Of a stretch of 64,000 bases of DNA, positions 26,762 to 37,352 are shown one piece after another. Source of the stretch: an uncultured Bacillales bacterium (GTDB taxonomy: Bacteria > Bacillota_I > Bacilli_A > RFN20 > CAG-826); assembly GCA_902464635.1 (NCBI GenBank), contig CABQKC010000002.1, forward strand, positions 22,491 to 86,490, given 5' to 3'. Position 1 is the stretch's first letter. Every line of letters begins with the position of its first letter. The position numbers and the translations under genes were made by a program. The notes under the pieces are model-generated. The model made no database searches. It was not told the DNA's origin and saw only the letters and a program-made list of their open reading frames with translations.

Positions 26762-28501
26762 ATGGAAAGAACTGATTTTAACGGAAACCTAAGATTAAAA
26801 GACATCGGAAGAAAAGTTACTCTTCTAGGCTGGGTTGCCTCAAAAAGGAACCTTGGCGGGCTTCTTTTCATTGATTTAAGGGATTCGACTGGAATTGTTG
26901 GATGTACTGTACTTAACCCAGATTCGGTTCCTGAAATCAAAAATGAATATGTAGTGGAAGTCAAAGGGGAAGTCAAAAAGAAAGATACCCCAAATCCAAA
27001 GCTTAAGACTGGGGAAATAGAGGTAATCGTATCTTCCTTGAAAGTCATCAACAAGGCTGAACTTACCCCATTTATAATTGCAGACAAAACCGACGCTCTA
27101 GAAGATACTAGGCTTCAATATAGATATCTAGATTTAAGACGTCCTTGCTTGCTAAACAATCTAAAAATAAGAGCAGAAATAGTTAAATGCTTCCATTCTT
27201 ATTTCGATGAACACGGGTTTTTAGAAGTAGAAACCCCAATTTTGAATCTATCTTCTCCTGAAGGAGCTAGGGATTATCTAGTTCCATCAAGGACGAGAAA
27301 AGGCAGCTTCTATGCACTCCCTCAATCTCCTCAATTATGGAAACAACTTTTAATGGTTGGGGGAATTGAAAGGTATTACCAAGTCGCTAAATGCTTTAGG
27401 GATGAGGATTTACGTGCCGATAGGCAACCTGAATTCACCCAGCTTGACCTAGAAACTTCTTTCCTTGATATGGACCAACTTCTTTCCTTAATGGAAGGAT
27501 TCCTAAAGAAGATGTTTAAAGATGTCGTTAATTACGACTTGCCTTTACCTTTAAGAAGGATGAAATATTGGGATGCCATGGATAATTATGGCTCTGATAA
27601 GCCTGATACAAGATATGGATTATTGCTTAAAGACATTAAAGGAATAATGGGCAAGACTAGCTTCCCTGGATTTGAAAACAAGGAATTTATCAAATGCTTA
27701 GTAATTCCTAACCAGGCAAAAGTTACTTCTAGAAAAGTATTGGATGAGCTAAATATCGAAGCCAAGAAATTCAATTTGCCTTCCTTAATTGCCTTAAAAT
27801 ACGAGAATAATGCCTTAATTGGCTCATTTGCTGATAAATTCATGGATGAAGAAACTAAATCTCAATTAGTTTCATTTCTAGAATTAAAAGAAGATGATTT
27901 GGTATTAGTTTCTTCTAGCGCCTATAGAAGAGATATAGATTTCGGACTAGGTGCCTTAAGAACCTTATATGGAAAGAAACTAAATCTAATTGATCCAAAT
28001 TCATTCGATGTATTGTGGGTTGTTGACTTCCCGATGTTTGATCCAATCGAAGGAGAGGAAGGCAAATACACTGCCGAACACCATCCATTCACTAGACCTA
28101 GGGATGAAGACTTGCCTTTATTAGACAGCAAGCCAGAAGAAGTCTTAGCCTATGCTTATGATATTATTATCAATGGATATGAAGCCGGTGGCGGAACTTT
28201 AAGAATCTATGACCACGATATCCAATGGAAGATATTCAAGTTATTAGGGCTTTCTGATGAAGATGTCGCCGCCAAATTTGGTTGGTTCATCGATGCCTTC
28301 AAGTATGGGGCTCCGCCACATGGTGGTTTGGCCTTTGGACTTGATAGGCTTACTATGATCTTGGCCCACACCGATAATATTAGGGATGTCGAGGCTTTCC
28401 CAAAGAACCTCTCGGCCATTGACCCGATGTCACATGCCCCATCTAAAGTTGACGAAGACCAATTAAAAGCGGTTGGAATCAAAGTCGATTTAGAAAAGTA
28501 A
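26762..28501 (+). CDS. aspS: aspartate--tRNA ligase
   Basis: OB-fold N-terminus. FYALPQSPQLWKQLLMVGG, CFRDEDLRADRQPEFTQLD and GGLAFGLDRL. Confidence 0.95.
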   Translation: MERTDFNGNLRLKDIGRKVTLLGWVASKRNLGGLLFIDLRDSTGIVGCTVLNPDSVPEIKNEYVVEVKGEVKKKDTPNPKLKTGEIEVIVSSLKVINKAELTPFIIADKTDALEDTRLQYRYLDLRRPCLLNNLKIRAEIVKCFHSYFDEHGFLEVETPILNLSSPEGARDYLVPSRTRKGSFYALPQSPQLWKQLLMVGGIERYYQVAKCFRDEDLRADRQPEFTQLDLETSFLDMDQLLSLMEGFLKKMFKDVVNYDLPLPLRRMKYWDAMDNYGSDKPDTRYGLLLKDIKGIMGKTSFPGFENKEFIKCLVIPNQAKVTSRKVLDELNIEAKKFNLPSLIALKYENNALIGSFADKFMDEETKSQLVSFLELKEDDLVLVSSSAYRRDIDFGLGALRTLYGKKLNLIDPNSFDVLWVVDFPMFDPIEGEEGKYTAEHHPFTRPRDEDLPLLDSKPEEVLAYAYDIIINGYEAGGGTLRIYDHDIQWKIFKLLGLSDEDVAAKFGWFIDAFKYGAPPHGGLAFGLDRLTMILAHTDNIRDVEAFPKNLSAIDPMSHAPSKVDEDQLKAVGIKVDLEK

Positions 28502-28559
28502 TATATAATTATATATTAATACTACTAAATAAATACTATATAACTACTTGGAGGAAATT

Positions 28560-30548
28560 ATGGAATCAGTCAGAACAATGAAAGAAAGATCTAACCTATC
28601 CGTTGCTGCGCTTCGTGCCTTGGTCATCGATGAGACCAACAAAGCCAAAAGCGGACACCCTGGAATGGCGCTAGATATTGCTCCTGCAATGTATGCCTTG
28701 TTTAGGGATCACTTAGTTGCGACCCCGAACCATCCTGACTGGGTCAATAGAGATAGATTCGTCCTCTCTAGTGGACACGTTTCCTCTTTGTATTATGCGA
28801 TGCTCCATATCGCTGGATATGATGTCACCATGGATGACTTAAAATCATTCAGGCAGCTTCATTCCCGCACTCCTGGGCACCCTGAAGTAGGTGTTACTAG
28901 CGGAGTCGATGCATCTAGCGGCCCCCTTGGACAAGGTATTGGACAAGCCGTTGGTATGGCAATAGCAGAAAAAACCATCTCTGCTAGCTATAAAGAAGGC
29001 AGCCGCATCATGAACCATTATACCTATTGTATCTGTGGTGATGGATGCCTAGAAGAAGGGATATCGCAAGAAGCAATTTCAATCGCAGGCCATAATAGGC
29101 TCAATAAATTGATTCTTATCTATGATGAAAATGGTTCGACTCTAGATGGGCCAACTTCGGATTCCCTTTCTGAAAACGTTAAATTGCGCTTCCTTTCAAG
29201 CGAATGGAACGTCCTCGAGGTAAATGATGGCAATTCCATCCAATCAATCTCACAAGCCATTAGCAAGGCTAAAAGGAGCAAATGCTTCCCAACCTTAATA
29301 ATCGTCCATACCAAGATTGGATATGGTTCCAAAAACGAAGGAAGCCATGTAACTCACGGTGAACCTTTGGGCGAAGAAGATGGAAACAATGCCAAAAAGA
29401 AATTTGGCTATGATTATCCTGAATTTAGCGTTCCTAACGAAGTTTATGAAGATTTGAAATCTACATTCGTTGCTAGAGGCGAATCCGCTTATAAAGCCTA
29501 TGCCGAGGAATTTGCCTCCTATAAGAAATTCCATGAAGAAGATGCAAAGATGTTTTTGACTTCATTCGGAAATAAGTTTGCTTCATTGGCAAATAATATC
29601 GAGCCTATTGAATATAAAGAAGCCGAAGCAAGCAGGGCAACTTCTGGAAGATGTCTAACCTCTTTCTATAAGAGTGTCCCATTCCTATTTGGTGGATCAG
29701 CCGACGTAGCTGGATCTACTAAAACCAATATCAAGGAAGTTGAGATGTTTACAAATGCCAACCCTGATGGGCATGATATGCATTGGGGAATCCGTGAATT
29801 TGGCATGGCAAGTTGCTGCAATGGCATTGCCCTGCATGGCGGACTTAAGCCATATTGTGCCTGCTTCATGGTATTTGCTGACTATCTAAAGCCTGCGATT
29901 AGGATGGCGGCTTTGCAACATCTAAATGTTGTCTATATCTTTACTCACGATTCAATTGCAGTTGGGGAAGATGGCCCAACCCATCAACCAATTGAACAAT
30001 TAGCAATGTTAAGAAGCATTCCAAATATCAAGGTAATTAGACCAGCCGACCAAAAAGAAGTCATGGGAGCCTATAAAGAAGCCTTCCTATCTGATTTTGA
30101 TGGACCGGTCTGCTTGATTTTATCTAGACAAAACCTCCCATTGCTCTCTTCTAGCGATGAAAATAAAGTCAAAGAAGGCGGATATTTCATTTCTAAAAAC
30201 AAAAATAGCGATTGCCTACTAATTGCAACTGGAAGCGAAGTTAGCCTTGCTATTGATGCTGCCTCGATTCTAAAAGAAAGAGGGATAGTTGCTGATATAA
30301 TTAGCGCACCATGCCTAGAATCCTTATATAAAAACAAGGAAATGATGGATAAAATCGAATCTTATCCATATGAAAAGCGTATTTCTATCGAAATGCTTTC
30401 TACCTTTGGCTGGGGAAAATTAGCTAAGCACAACATCGGTATCGATGATTTCGGCGCTTCTGGTAAGCCAGTTGATGTCTTATCTAATTTTGGCTTTACC
30501 AAAGAAGCAATCGCAGAGAAAGTTGCTCTTCTATTATTAAAAAAGTAA
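28560..30548 (+). CDS. tkt: transketolase
   Basis: SGHPGMALDIAP, GDGCLEEGIS and THDSIAVGEDGPTHQPIE. Start at the ATG downstream of GGAGG (28550-28554). Confidence 0.95.
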   Translation: MESVRTMKERSNLSVAALRALVIDETNKAKSGHPGMALDIAPAMYALFRDHLVATPNHPDWVNRDRFVLSSGHVSSLYYAMLHIAGYDVTMDDLKSFRQLHSRTPGHPEVGVTSGVDASSGPLGQGIGQAVGMAIAEKTISASYKEGSRIMNHYTYCICGDGCLEEGISQEAISIAGHNRLNKLILIYDENGSTLDGPTSDSLSENVKLRFLSSEWNVLEVNDGNSIQSISQAISKAKRSKCFPTLIIVHTKIGYGSKNEGSHVTHGEPLGEEDGNNAKKKFGYDYPEFSVPNEVYEDLKSTFVARGESAYKAYAEEFASYKKFHEEDAKMFLTSFGNKFASLANNIEPIEYKEAEASRATSGRCLTSFYKSVPFLFGGSADVAGSTKTNIKEVEMFTNANPDGHDMHWGIREFGMASCCNGIALHGGLKPYCACFMVFADYLKPAIRMAALQHLNVVYIFTHDSIAVGEDGPTHQPIEQLAMLRSIPNIKVIRPADQKEVMGAYKEAFLSDFDGPVCLILSRQNLPLLSSSDENKVKEGGYFISKNKNSDCLLIATGSEVSLAIDAASILKERGIVADIISAPCLESLYKNKEMMDKIESYPYEKRISIEMLSTFGWGKLAKHNIGIDDFGASGKPVDVLSNFGFTKEAIAEKVALLLLKK

Positions 30549-30557
30549 AATCTAATT

Positions 30558-30890
30558 ATGAAAAACTATGTAATGATAAATAATTATGGAAGATTGGGGA
30601 CAATGGGCATTTCTACAAATGCCATTGCTTCAATTGCCACCAAAGCGGTAAATTCCTTTAGGGGAGTATCCATTAAAAGCAAAAAAGCCTTATTTTCGGT
30701 TGATAAAGGGGTTAAGGTTACTTTAGGTAAAGATGGCAGGGCTATCGTCAGCATCGATGTCATCCTTCCTTCTGATTCTCCAGTCAAGACTACTTGTCTA
30801 AATATCCAAAAGGAAGTAGCCTCGGCCATATCTTTAATGTGTGACACCGTCCCATATGATGTAAAAATTAAAGTTGTGAAGGTCGCATGA
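30558..30890 (+). CDS. Asp23/Gls24 family envelope stress protein
   Basis: 110 aa. GISTNAIASIATKAVNSFRGV is a typical Asp23 N-terminus. Sits upstream of nusB, like Bacillus yqhY. Confidence 0.7.
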   Translation: MKNYVMINNYGRLGTMGISTNAIASIATKAVNSFRGVSIKSKKALFSVDKGVKVTLGKDGRAIVSIDVILPSDSPVKTTCLNIQKEVASAISLMCDTVPYDVKIKVVKVA

Positions 30891-31330
30891 GCCAAACTAG
30901 ATTCGATAAAGCTCTTATCCGATATCAAAAATTCTCTTTGCTACCATTAATAATCTCTTTAGCATCGTTTTTTGCTAGCCTAGTCTATCATTTAGCCTCT
31001 AAACAAGGGGCTTTTCTAATGTTTTATTTCTTAACTTACTGCTATTTTGATGTAGCTCTATTCTTTGTATTGTCTGGTTTGTTAATTTTAGTTGGGGCAA
31101 TAGCAACATTATTTGCGGCAAAAGGAAGAGTCATCTATTTAATTATATTTGCTTCCTTCTATTTTCTAGATTTCATCTCTATTTTCTTCTCTTCATTTAC
31201 CGGAAATGAATCTAATTATGTAGCATCGATTTTAATACATATAGTTGTTTTAATTCTGCTTGGATTAGGCATTTTCTTCTATTGTTTGGCTAAAAAAGAG
31301 CTAATCGAAGAAAAAAAGAAGTTAAAATAA
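30887..31330 (+). CDS. hypothetical 4-TM membrane protein coupled to the Asp23-family gene
   Basis: ATGA overlap with the upstream gene. Four hydrophobic segments. No recognisable motif. Confidence 0.5.
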   Translation: MSQTRFDKALIRYQKFSLLPLIISLASFFASLVYHLASKQGAFLMFYFLTYCYFDVALFFVLSGLLILVGAIATLFAAKGRVIYLIIFASFYFLDFISIFFSSFTGNESNYVASILIHIVVLILLGLGIFFYCLAKKELIEEKKKLK

Positions 31331-31393
31331 GAAGTTGATAATGAATTAAGAAAGCATAAATGGTAGAATTCCACCTTGTAAAAGGAAGTAATT

Positions 31394-31873
31394 ATGGACG
31401 AAGAACTTGATCTAACTGAACCTAGCAGCGAATTAGGAAGAAACAAACTCCAAAAAGTAACAATGGAAGTACTTTATGCCGTCTTGACCTATATTGATAT
31501 GGGCGAACCGGTGGATGTTGAGAATATTATCTCTTCATTATTTGAAGAAGATTACGAAGATTGCCCATTTTTTACTAAAGCCGTCACGATTATGGCCATC
31601 AAGAAATATGATGAAATAATCAAGACTTTCAATGCGAATATGCGTAAATGGACATTTGATAGACTCAATAGAGTCGAACAGGCCATATTGATGCTTGCCT
31701 ATGTTCATTTCTATTATGTCGAGCCAGATGTTGACAAAAGTGTTGTCATCGACGTTGCCATCAAATTGGCAAAATCATATCTAGACATGGGATTTGACAA
31801 GGTCAAAAACAAGGAAAAGGGCGATTACCAGTTCGTAAATGCCATCCTTGATAAGACTTTGGTTAGGAAATAA
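31394..31873 (+). CDS. nusB: transcription antitermination factor NusB
   Basis: Size and position upstream of xseA. RLNRVEQAILMLAYVHFYY is the NusB core. Confidence 0.8.
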   Translation: MDEELDLTEPSSELGRNKLQKVTMEVLYAVLTYIDMGEPVDVENIISSLFEEDYEDCPFFTKAVTIMAIKKYDEIIKTFNANMRKWTFDRLNRVEQAILMLAYVHFYYVEPDVDKSVVIDVAIKLAKSYLDMGFDKVKNKEKGDYQFVNAILDKTLVRK

Positions 31874-31874
31874 C

Positions 31875-33086
31875 ATGGAGAGTAAGGAGTTCCTCTCTAT
31901 TACTGAATTCAATTCTAGAATCAAGGACTGCCTTGAGTCGAGCTCCTTATTTAAATTCGTCTATCTACGTGGAGAAATATCAAATTACAAGGTATATCCT
32001 TCTGGACATGCCTATTTTTCTTTAAAAGACGATAAATCGCTTCTTTCTGCGATGATGTGGTCAAATAGAAGAATGGGGCTTGCTTTTGAACCGAAAACCG
32101 GTGATGAAGTAATCGTATGTGGTTCGATAAATGTCTATCCTCCAAGGGGCTCATATTCTTTTATTGTCGATAAAATGGAGCTTTATGGACAAGGAAACGA
32201 AGCCTTGAAGTTAAAGCTATTATATGAAAAGCTAGCCGAGGAAGGACTTTTTGATCCTTCTAAAAAGAAGGGTATTCCTCTTTTTCCAAATAGGATTGGA
32301 GTCATTGCGGGGGCGAATTCGGCTGGCTTAAAAGATATAGTCCATAATATTTGCCTTAGATATCCTTTGGTTCAAATATATGTTTTTCCTTCATTAGTTC
32401 AAGGAAAAGAGGCTCCTAAAGACTTGCTTAGGGCATTAGAATTGGCATCTAAAGCAAATCTAGATACTCTTATCATAGGTAGGGGCGGGGGCTCTAGCGA
32501 GGATTTAAGCGCGTTTAACGATGAAAGCCTTATAAGAGCTCTCTATAAGTGTGAAATCCCTATTATTTCGGCTGTAGGGCATGAAATAGACACAACTCTT
32601 ACTGATTTAGTTGCAGATAAAAGAGTTTCTACCCCGACAGGAGCCGCGGTTGCATCTACCCCAAATAAAGATGATTTGTTTATTAGGTTAGACCAATACC
32701 TAGAATCTATAACAAAAATAGTCTCTAATAAGATTGATTTGTATTCATCTAAACTTGCTGGGTTGTCATCTAGACCATATTTCAAGGATCCTTCTGCTTT
32801 ATATTCGCAGAAACTAGATTCCCTTTCTAAATTAGGACATAGGCTTGATTTAGCTTATAAAAATAGAATGGAAAAGGCGACTTCCAGGCTAGGCGAACTT
32901 CAAAATAGACTTAATTCACTTAACCCGGAAAACGTGATAAACAGGGGATATTCGTTAACTTTGAATAAAAATAATAAACCTATTCAGTCGATTGAAGATG
33001 TGCAGATAGGGGAAGAATTAATAACTAAGGTAAAAGGTGGTATAATCATCAATACAGTTAAAGACAAAAAGAAGGAGCAACAGTAA
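31875..33086 (+). CDS. xseA: exodeoxyribonuclease VII large subunit
   Basis: LSITEFNSRIKDCLE...VYLRGEISNYKVYPSGHAYFSLKD and RGGGSSEDLSAFNDE. First ATG lies immediately after the nusB stop. Confidence 0.92.
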   Translation: MESKEFLSITEFNSRIKDCLESSSLFKFVYLRGEISNYKVYPSGHAYFSLKDDKSLLSAMMWSNRRMGLAFEPKTGDEVIVCGSINVYPPRGSYSFIVDKMELYGQGNEALKLKLLYEKLAEEGLFDPSKKKGIPLFPNRIGVIAGANSAGLKDIVHNICLRYPLVQIYVFPSLVQGKEAPKDLLRALELASKANLDTLIIGRGGGSSEDLSAFNDESLIRALYKCEIPIISAVGHEIDTTLTDLVADKRVSTPTGAAVASTPNKDDLFIRLDQYLESITKIVSNKIDLYSSKLAGLSSRPYFKDPSALYSQKLDSLSKLGHRLDLAYKNRMEKATSRLGELQNRLNSLNPENVINRGYSLTLNKNNKPIQSIEDVQIGEELITKVKGGIIINTVKDKKKEQQ

Positions 33087-33271
33087 TGGAAAAGTTTGAG
33101 ACTAGACTAGCTAAACTAGAAGAAATCGTTAATAAACTTGAGACAACTACCTTGCCTCTAGATGAGACTTTATCTCTTTTCAAGCAAGGAAAAGAATTGA
33201 TAAAGACCTTGGAAAACGATTTGCAAACGGCAAAGAATGAAATCGTAACTGTTACAGAAGAAAGTAAATAA
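33086..33271 (+). CDS. xseB: exodeoxyribonuclease VII small subunit
   Basis: 61 aa. FETRLAKLEEIVNKLE...LDETLSLFKQG. Overlaps the xseA stop. Confidence 0.9.
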   Translation: MEKFETRLAKLEEIVNKLETTTLPLDETLSLFKQGKELIKTLENDLQTAKNEIVTVTEESK

Positions 33272-33300
33272 AGGATAGATAATTAGTAGTTTTCTAGTAT

Positions 33301-35172
33301 ATGAAAAAGTCCGATAAAAACGACATAATCAGCATAAAAACGTTAAAAGGGGAAGAAGAACTGAAATCATTGAATTATAAACAAGTTGATTCCCTTTGTT
33401 CTTCTATTAGAGACGAAATAATAGATGCTTGTTCAAAATATGGAGGCCATCTTTCTAGCAATCTTGGGATTGTCGAGACTACAGTTGCCTTGCATAGGGT
33501 TTTTTCATTCCCAAAAGATAAATTGATATTCGATGTCGGTCACCAATGCTATACGCATAAACTTTTATCTGGTAGAAGTCTAGAAAACCTCAATATGCCG
33601 GGCTTTTCTAGCGGTTTCCAAAAAATTAATGAATCTCCTTTTGATCCATATGAAGCAGGCCATTCATCTACTTCGATATCTGCTGCTGAAGGCTTTGCTA
33701 TTGCTAGGGATTATAAAAAAGAAAAGTATGAGATTGTCGCATTAATTGGGGATGGCTCTATTGTTAATGGTCTTTCTTTTGAAGGATTAAACGATTTAAC
33801 TGCGAGGGGACATAAAGTAATAATCATATTAAATGATAACGATATGGCTATTTCTCAGCCTGCCGGCTCGGTTTCTAAGCTTTTTAGGAGAGTTTCTTCT
33901 GGCAAAGCCTATAATTCGCTTAAGGCTAAATATCGTAGATTCCTTTGTTCTACTAGGGCTGGTCAAAGGCTATATAATTTCTCGACTTCGATAAAAAACT
34001 CGATAAAAAGGACACTTATTCCTATTACTTTGTTCGATAACCTTGGCTATACATATATTGGACCAATAAACGGGCATGATGTAAAAGCTATCGAAAAAGG
34101 ATTAAAAAGAGCATTAGTATGCACTAAATCGGTCATAGTCCACGTCCGTACAATCAAAGGTAAAGGTTATAAATTTGCAGAAAATGATAAGAGTGGTTAT
34201 TGGCATGGGGTTACTCCTTTTGATATTGAGACTGGAAGACCAAAAAACACTCATCCTGACCTTATTTCTTTCTCTCATTACTTTGCAGATTTGACTGATG
34301 AAATAATGAATGAAGACGAGAATACTTTCCTTATTGTCCCAGCAACTTTAAAAGGTTCAGGATTAGAAAAGCCATTCGCCCATTATAAGGATAGATGTCT
34401 AGATGTTGGCATTGCTGAAGAACATGCCTTAACTTTATCAGGAAGTCTTTCCTTAAATGGATTCCATCCAATAATAACGATATATTCGACATTTTTGCAA
34501 AGAGCATACGATGAACTTAGCCATGACTGCGCTAGGATGAATCTAGATATGACCATCCTAATTGACCGTGCTGGACTAGTAGGCAAAAATGGGGATACCC
34601 ATCAAGGTTTATATGATGAATCCTACCTTTCTTCGATTCCAAATGTGATTTTGACTCAACCTTCAACAAAGCAAATCGCTAAAGCCTTATATAAGACTTC
34701 GTTAGAAAAACATGGGGTATTTTGCATTAGGTATCCTCGCGAATTCGTATCTATTAATGAAGAAAGCGATATTGAATTACCTTTATTTGGCTTTCAATTC
34801 CTAAAAGAATCTAAATCTAAAAATATGGTGATTGGAGTCGGTGGAAAAGGAAGGGAATTACTTTCTTTAATCGAAAAAGATAAGTTAGATACGAACTTTA
34901 TTGATCCAATATACCTAAATCCAATCTCGCCCGAATTAATAAAAGAGCTTCTAAAACAAGATAAAATACTGGTTTATGATCCTTATGGAACCGATAATGG
35001 CTTTGCTGCTAATCTAGCTTTAGCATTATTGAAAGAAAACTATAAGGGACAATTCAAGGTAAAATCCGTTCCTAACCAATTCGTTAATTCAGATTCTTAC
35101 GAGAACCAATTGTCTAGGTTCTCCCTTTTGCCAAGGCAAGTCGAAGAATATTTGTTAAAGGAATTTAAATAG
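33301..35172 (+). CDS. dxs: 1-deoxy-D-xylulose-5-phosphate synthase
   Basis: GGHLSSNLGIVETTVALH, DVGHQCYTHKLL, GDGSIVNG and a transketolase-like C-terminus. Confidence 0.92.
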   Translation: MKKSDKNDIISIKTLKGEEELKSLNYKQVDSLCSSIRDEIIDACSKYGGHLSSNLGIVETTVALHRVFSFPKDKLIFDVGHQCYTHKLLSGRSLENLNMPGFSSGFQKINESPFDPYEAGHSSTSISAAEGFAIARDYKKEKYEIVALIGDGSIVNGLSFEGLNDLTARGHKVIIILNDNDMAISQPAGSVSKLFRRVSSGKAYNSLKAKYRRFLCSTRAGQRLYNFSTSIKNSIKRTLIPITLFDNLGYTYIGPINGHDVKAIEKGLKRALVCTKSVIVHVRTIKGKGYKFAENDKSGYWHGVTPFDIETGRPKNTHPDLISFSHYFADLTDEIMNEDENTFLIVPATLKGSGLEKPFAHYKDRCLDVGIAEEHALTLSGSLSLNGFHPIITIYSTFLQRAYDELSHDCARMNLDMTILIDRAGLVGKNGDTHQGLYDESYLSSIPNVILTQPSTKQIAKALYKTSLEKHGVFCIRYPREFVSINEESDIELPLFGFQFLKESKSKNMVIGVGGKGRELLSLIEKDKLDTNFIDPIYLNPISPELIKELLKQDKILVYDPYGTDNGFAANLALALLKENYKGQFKVKSVPNQFVNSDSYENQLSRFSLLPRQVEEYLLKEFK

Positions 35173-35212
35173 TCTACTTAACATAATCTATATTAATCCT
35201 TAAAATATAGAT

Positions 35213-36403
35213 ATGGCTAGCAAGATTATCATGCATATCGATCTCAACGCTTTCTTTGTTAGCTGCGAGATAATAAAGAATCCGTCTTTGGCAGGAAAGC
35301 CTGTTTTAATCGGGCATTCTGGTAGATCTGGCATTGTTTCGACTGCATCTTATGAGGCTAGAAAGAAAGGATGCCATTCAGGACAACCGATGTTCATGGC
35401 AAAAGAAATTTGTCCTGAAGCTATCGTAGTTCCTTCTGATTATAGATTTTATGAGGTAATGTCTACTTCCTTCTTTTCCTTTTTGAAGCAATATTGCAAA
35501 AAGATAGAAATAGCCTCGATAGATGAAGCATATTGCGATATGAGCGAAGCTTTATCTAAAGTTAAAGATCCTATTTCCTATTTAAAAGAAATGCAGCTTG
35601 AATTAAAAAAGGAGACTGGACTAGGCTGCTCAATTGGAATTGCCCCAACTAAATGGCTAGCCAAGATGGCTTCTGATTTAAAAAAGCCAATGGGACTTAC
35701 TTTAATTAGAAGAAAAGACATTAAGGATATAATCTATCCTCTTCCAATCGAATCTTTTTGGGGAATTGGTAAAAAAAGCGTCCCTAAATTAAAAGGATTG
35801 GGAATCAATACAATCGGAGATTTAGCAAAACTAGTAAATGGAGATGATGAATCTATTAAAAAGGAATTAGGAAAATTCTTCTTTACCATAAAAGAATGGG
35901 TAAATGGCAGAGGCAGCGATGAAATAAATACGGATCCATTTGATCCTAAATCTATCGGCAATTCTTCGACATTGAATTACGACTGCATCGGGATTAATGA
36001 AGTTGAAGAAACTTTAAAATATCTTTCAAAAGAAGTCTCCATCAGGGCTAAAGAAGCCAAAAAGGTTGCTAAATTAGTTACTTTATCAGTAAAAGATACT
36101 TCCTTTTCCCTCCATAGCAAGAACAAGACTCTAGAAGAGCCAACAACTGATGAAAATATTATCTTTAATGAAATTAGGAAGCTTTATATTGCTAATTTCA
36201 ATGAGATGAACGTAAGACTTGTAGGGGTTACTTTAGGCAAATTAAGTTCAAAACACAACGCGAATGTTCAGATGAGTTTATGGAATTATCCTACTTATGA
36301 AGAGATGGATAAGACTAAATTACTTATCGAAGATTTGAATAGAAAGATGAACAAGAAAGTATTCTTTAGACTTGGAGAGGTCAAAAAAGATGGAGATAAA
36401 TGA
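35213..36403 (+). CDS. dinB: DNA polymerase IV (Y-family)
   Basis: IMHIDLNAFFVSCE, SIDEAYCDM and FWGIGKKS. Confidence 0.92.
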   Translation: MASKIIMHIDLNAFFVSCEIIKNPSLAGKPVLIGHSGRSGIVSTASYEARKKGCHSGQPMFMAKEICPEAIVVPSDYRFYEVMSTSFFSFLKQYCKKIEIASIDEAYCDMSEALSKVKDPISYLKEMQLELKKETGLGCSIGIAPTKWLAKMASDLKKPMGLTLIRRKDIKDIIYPLPIESFWGIGKKSVPKLKGLGINTIGDLAKLVNGDDESIKKELGKFFFTIKEWVNGRGSDEINTDPFDPKSIGNSSTLNYDCIGINEVEETLKYLSKEVSIRAKEAKKVAKLVTLSVKDTSFSLHSKNKTLEEPTTDENIIFNEIRKLYIANFNEMNVRLVGVTLGKLSSKHNANVQMSLWNYPTYEEMDKTKLLIEDLNRKMNKKVFFRLGEVKKDGDK

Positions 36404-37274
36404 GGCTTTGGAGAAATATATTCTTTATCTAGTCGGAGAAAAAGGATTAAGCAAGAACACTGTTTCTAATTATAAAGAAGACCTAGATTTGTTTTTTCTC
36501 CATTTTGACGATATTAAGGATACATCTTCTTTAGATGATTCTTTATTAGAAGAATATGCAGTTTATCAAGGAGAAAGAGGCTTAACAAGTTCTTCGATTG
36601 CAAGAAGATTATCTTCATTAAAGAACTTCTTTCTTTTTCTAGATAAAGAAAAGATAGCAAATATCAATATTAGTCGACTTGATTTGCCTAAAAAGCAAAG
36701 AAAGTTACCAGAAGTATTAAGTACTGAAGAAATATCTTCCTTATTATCTAGTATCGATACATCTAAAAAAGAAGGTAGTAGGGATCTAGCAATGTTATTA
36801 ATGATGTATTCTAGCGGACTTAGGGTATCTGAATTGCTGGATTTAAAGATTGAAGATATTTCCTTTAGCAAAAGAATTATTTTAGTTAGGTCCGGTAAAG
36901 GAAATAAGCAAAGAAGCGTACCGATTAGCCAAGATTGTCTCGATGTTATCTTGAATTATATAGATACAAGCAGGAAAGAATTCCCTAATTCTAAGAAATC
37001 TCCTTACTTATTCTTAAATAAATTCGGCAATCCGATGTCCCGTAATTACTTTTTTGTATTAGTTAAAGAATATGCTGCCCTTGCCGGGATTAATAAAAAT
37101 ATCCATCCCCATACATTGCGCCATTCATTCGCGACGACTTTATTAGAAAACGGAATTAACATTGTTGCCTTAAAAGACATGCTAGGACATTCCCATCTAG
37201 AAACAACCCAGATATATACAAAAGTATCGACTAAAAAGGCATTTAAGGACTATTCTTCAACTTTTGACAAATAG
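36390..37274 (+). CDS. xerD: tyrosine site-specific recombinase XerD/XerC family
   Basis: SAM-like N domain, R...LRHSFATTLLENG...LGHSHLETTQIYTKV catalytic signature. Lies next to deoB, as ripX(xerD)-drm does in B. subtilis. ATG preceded by GGAGAGG. Confidence 0.8.
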   Translation: MEINEALEKYILYLVGEKGLSKNTVSNYKEDLDLFFLHFDDIKDTSSLDDSLLEEYAVYQGERGLTSSSIARRLSSLKNFFLFLDKEKIANINISRLDLPKKQRKLPEVLSTEEISSLLSSIDTSKKEGSRDLAMLLMMYSSGLRVSELLDLKIEDISFSKRIILVRSGKGNKQRSVPISQDCLDVILNYIDTSRKEFPNSKKSPYLFLNKFGNPMSRNYFFVLVKEYAALAGINKNIHPHTLRHSFATTLLENGINIVALKDMLGHSHLETTQIYTKVSTKKAFKDYSSTFDK

Positions 37275-37352
37275 TCAAATCATCTTTTAAGACAAATCAA
37301 GGCAAAGAATATATAATCTAGTTACAAATAATTTTGGAGGTTAACTAAGCTA

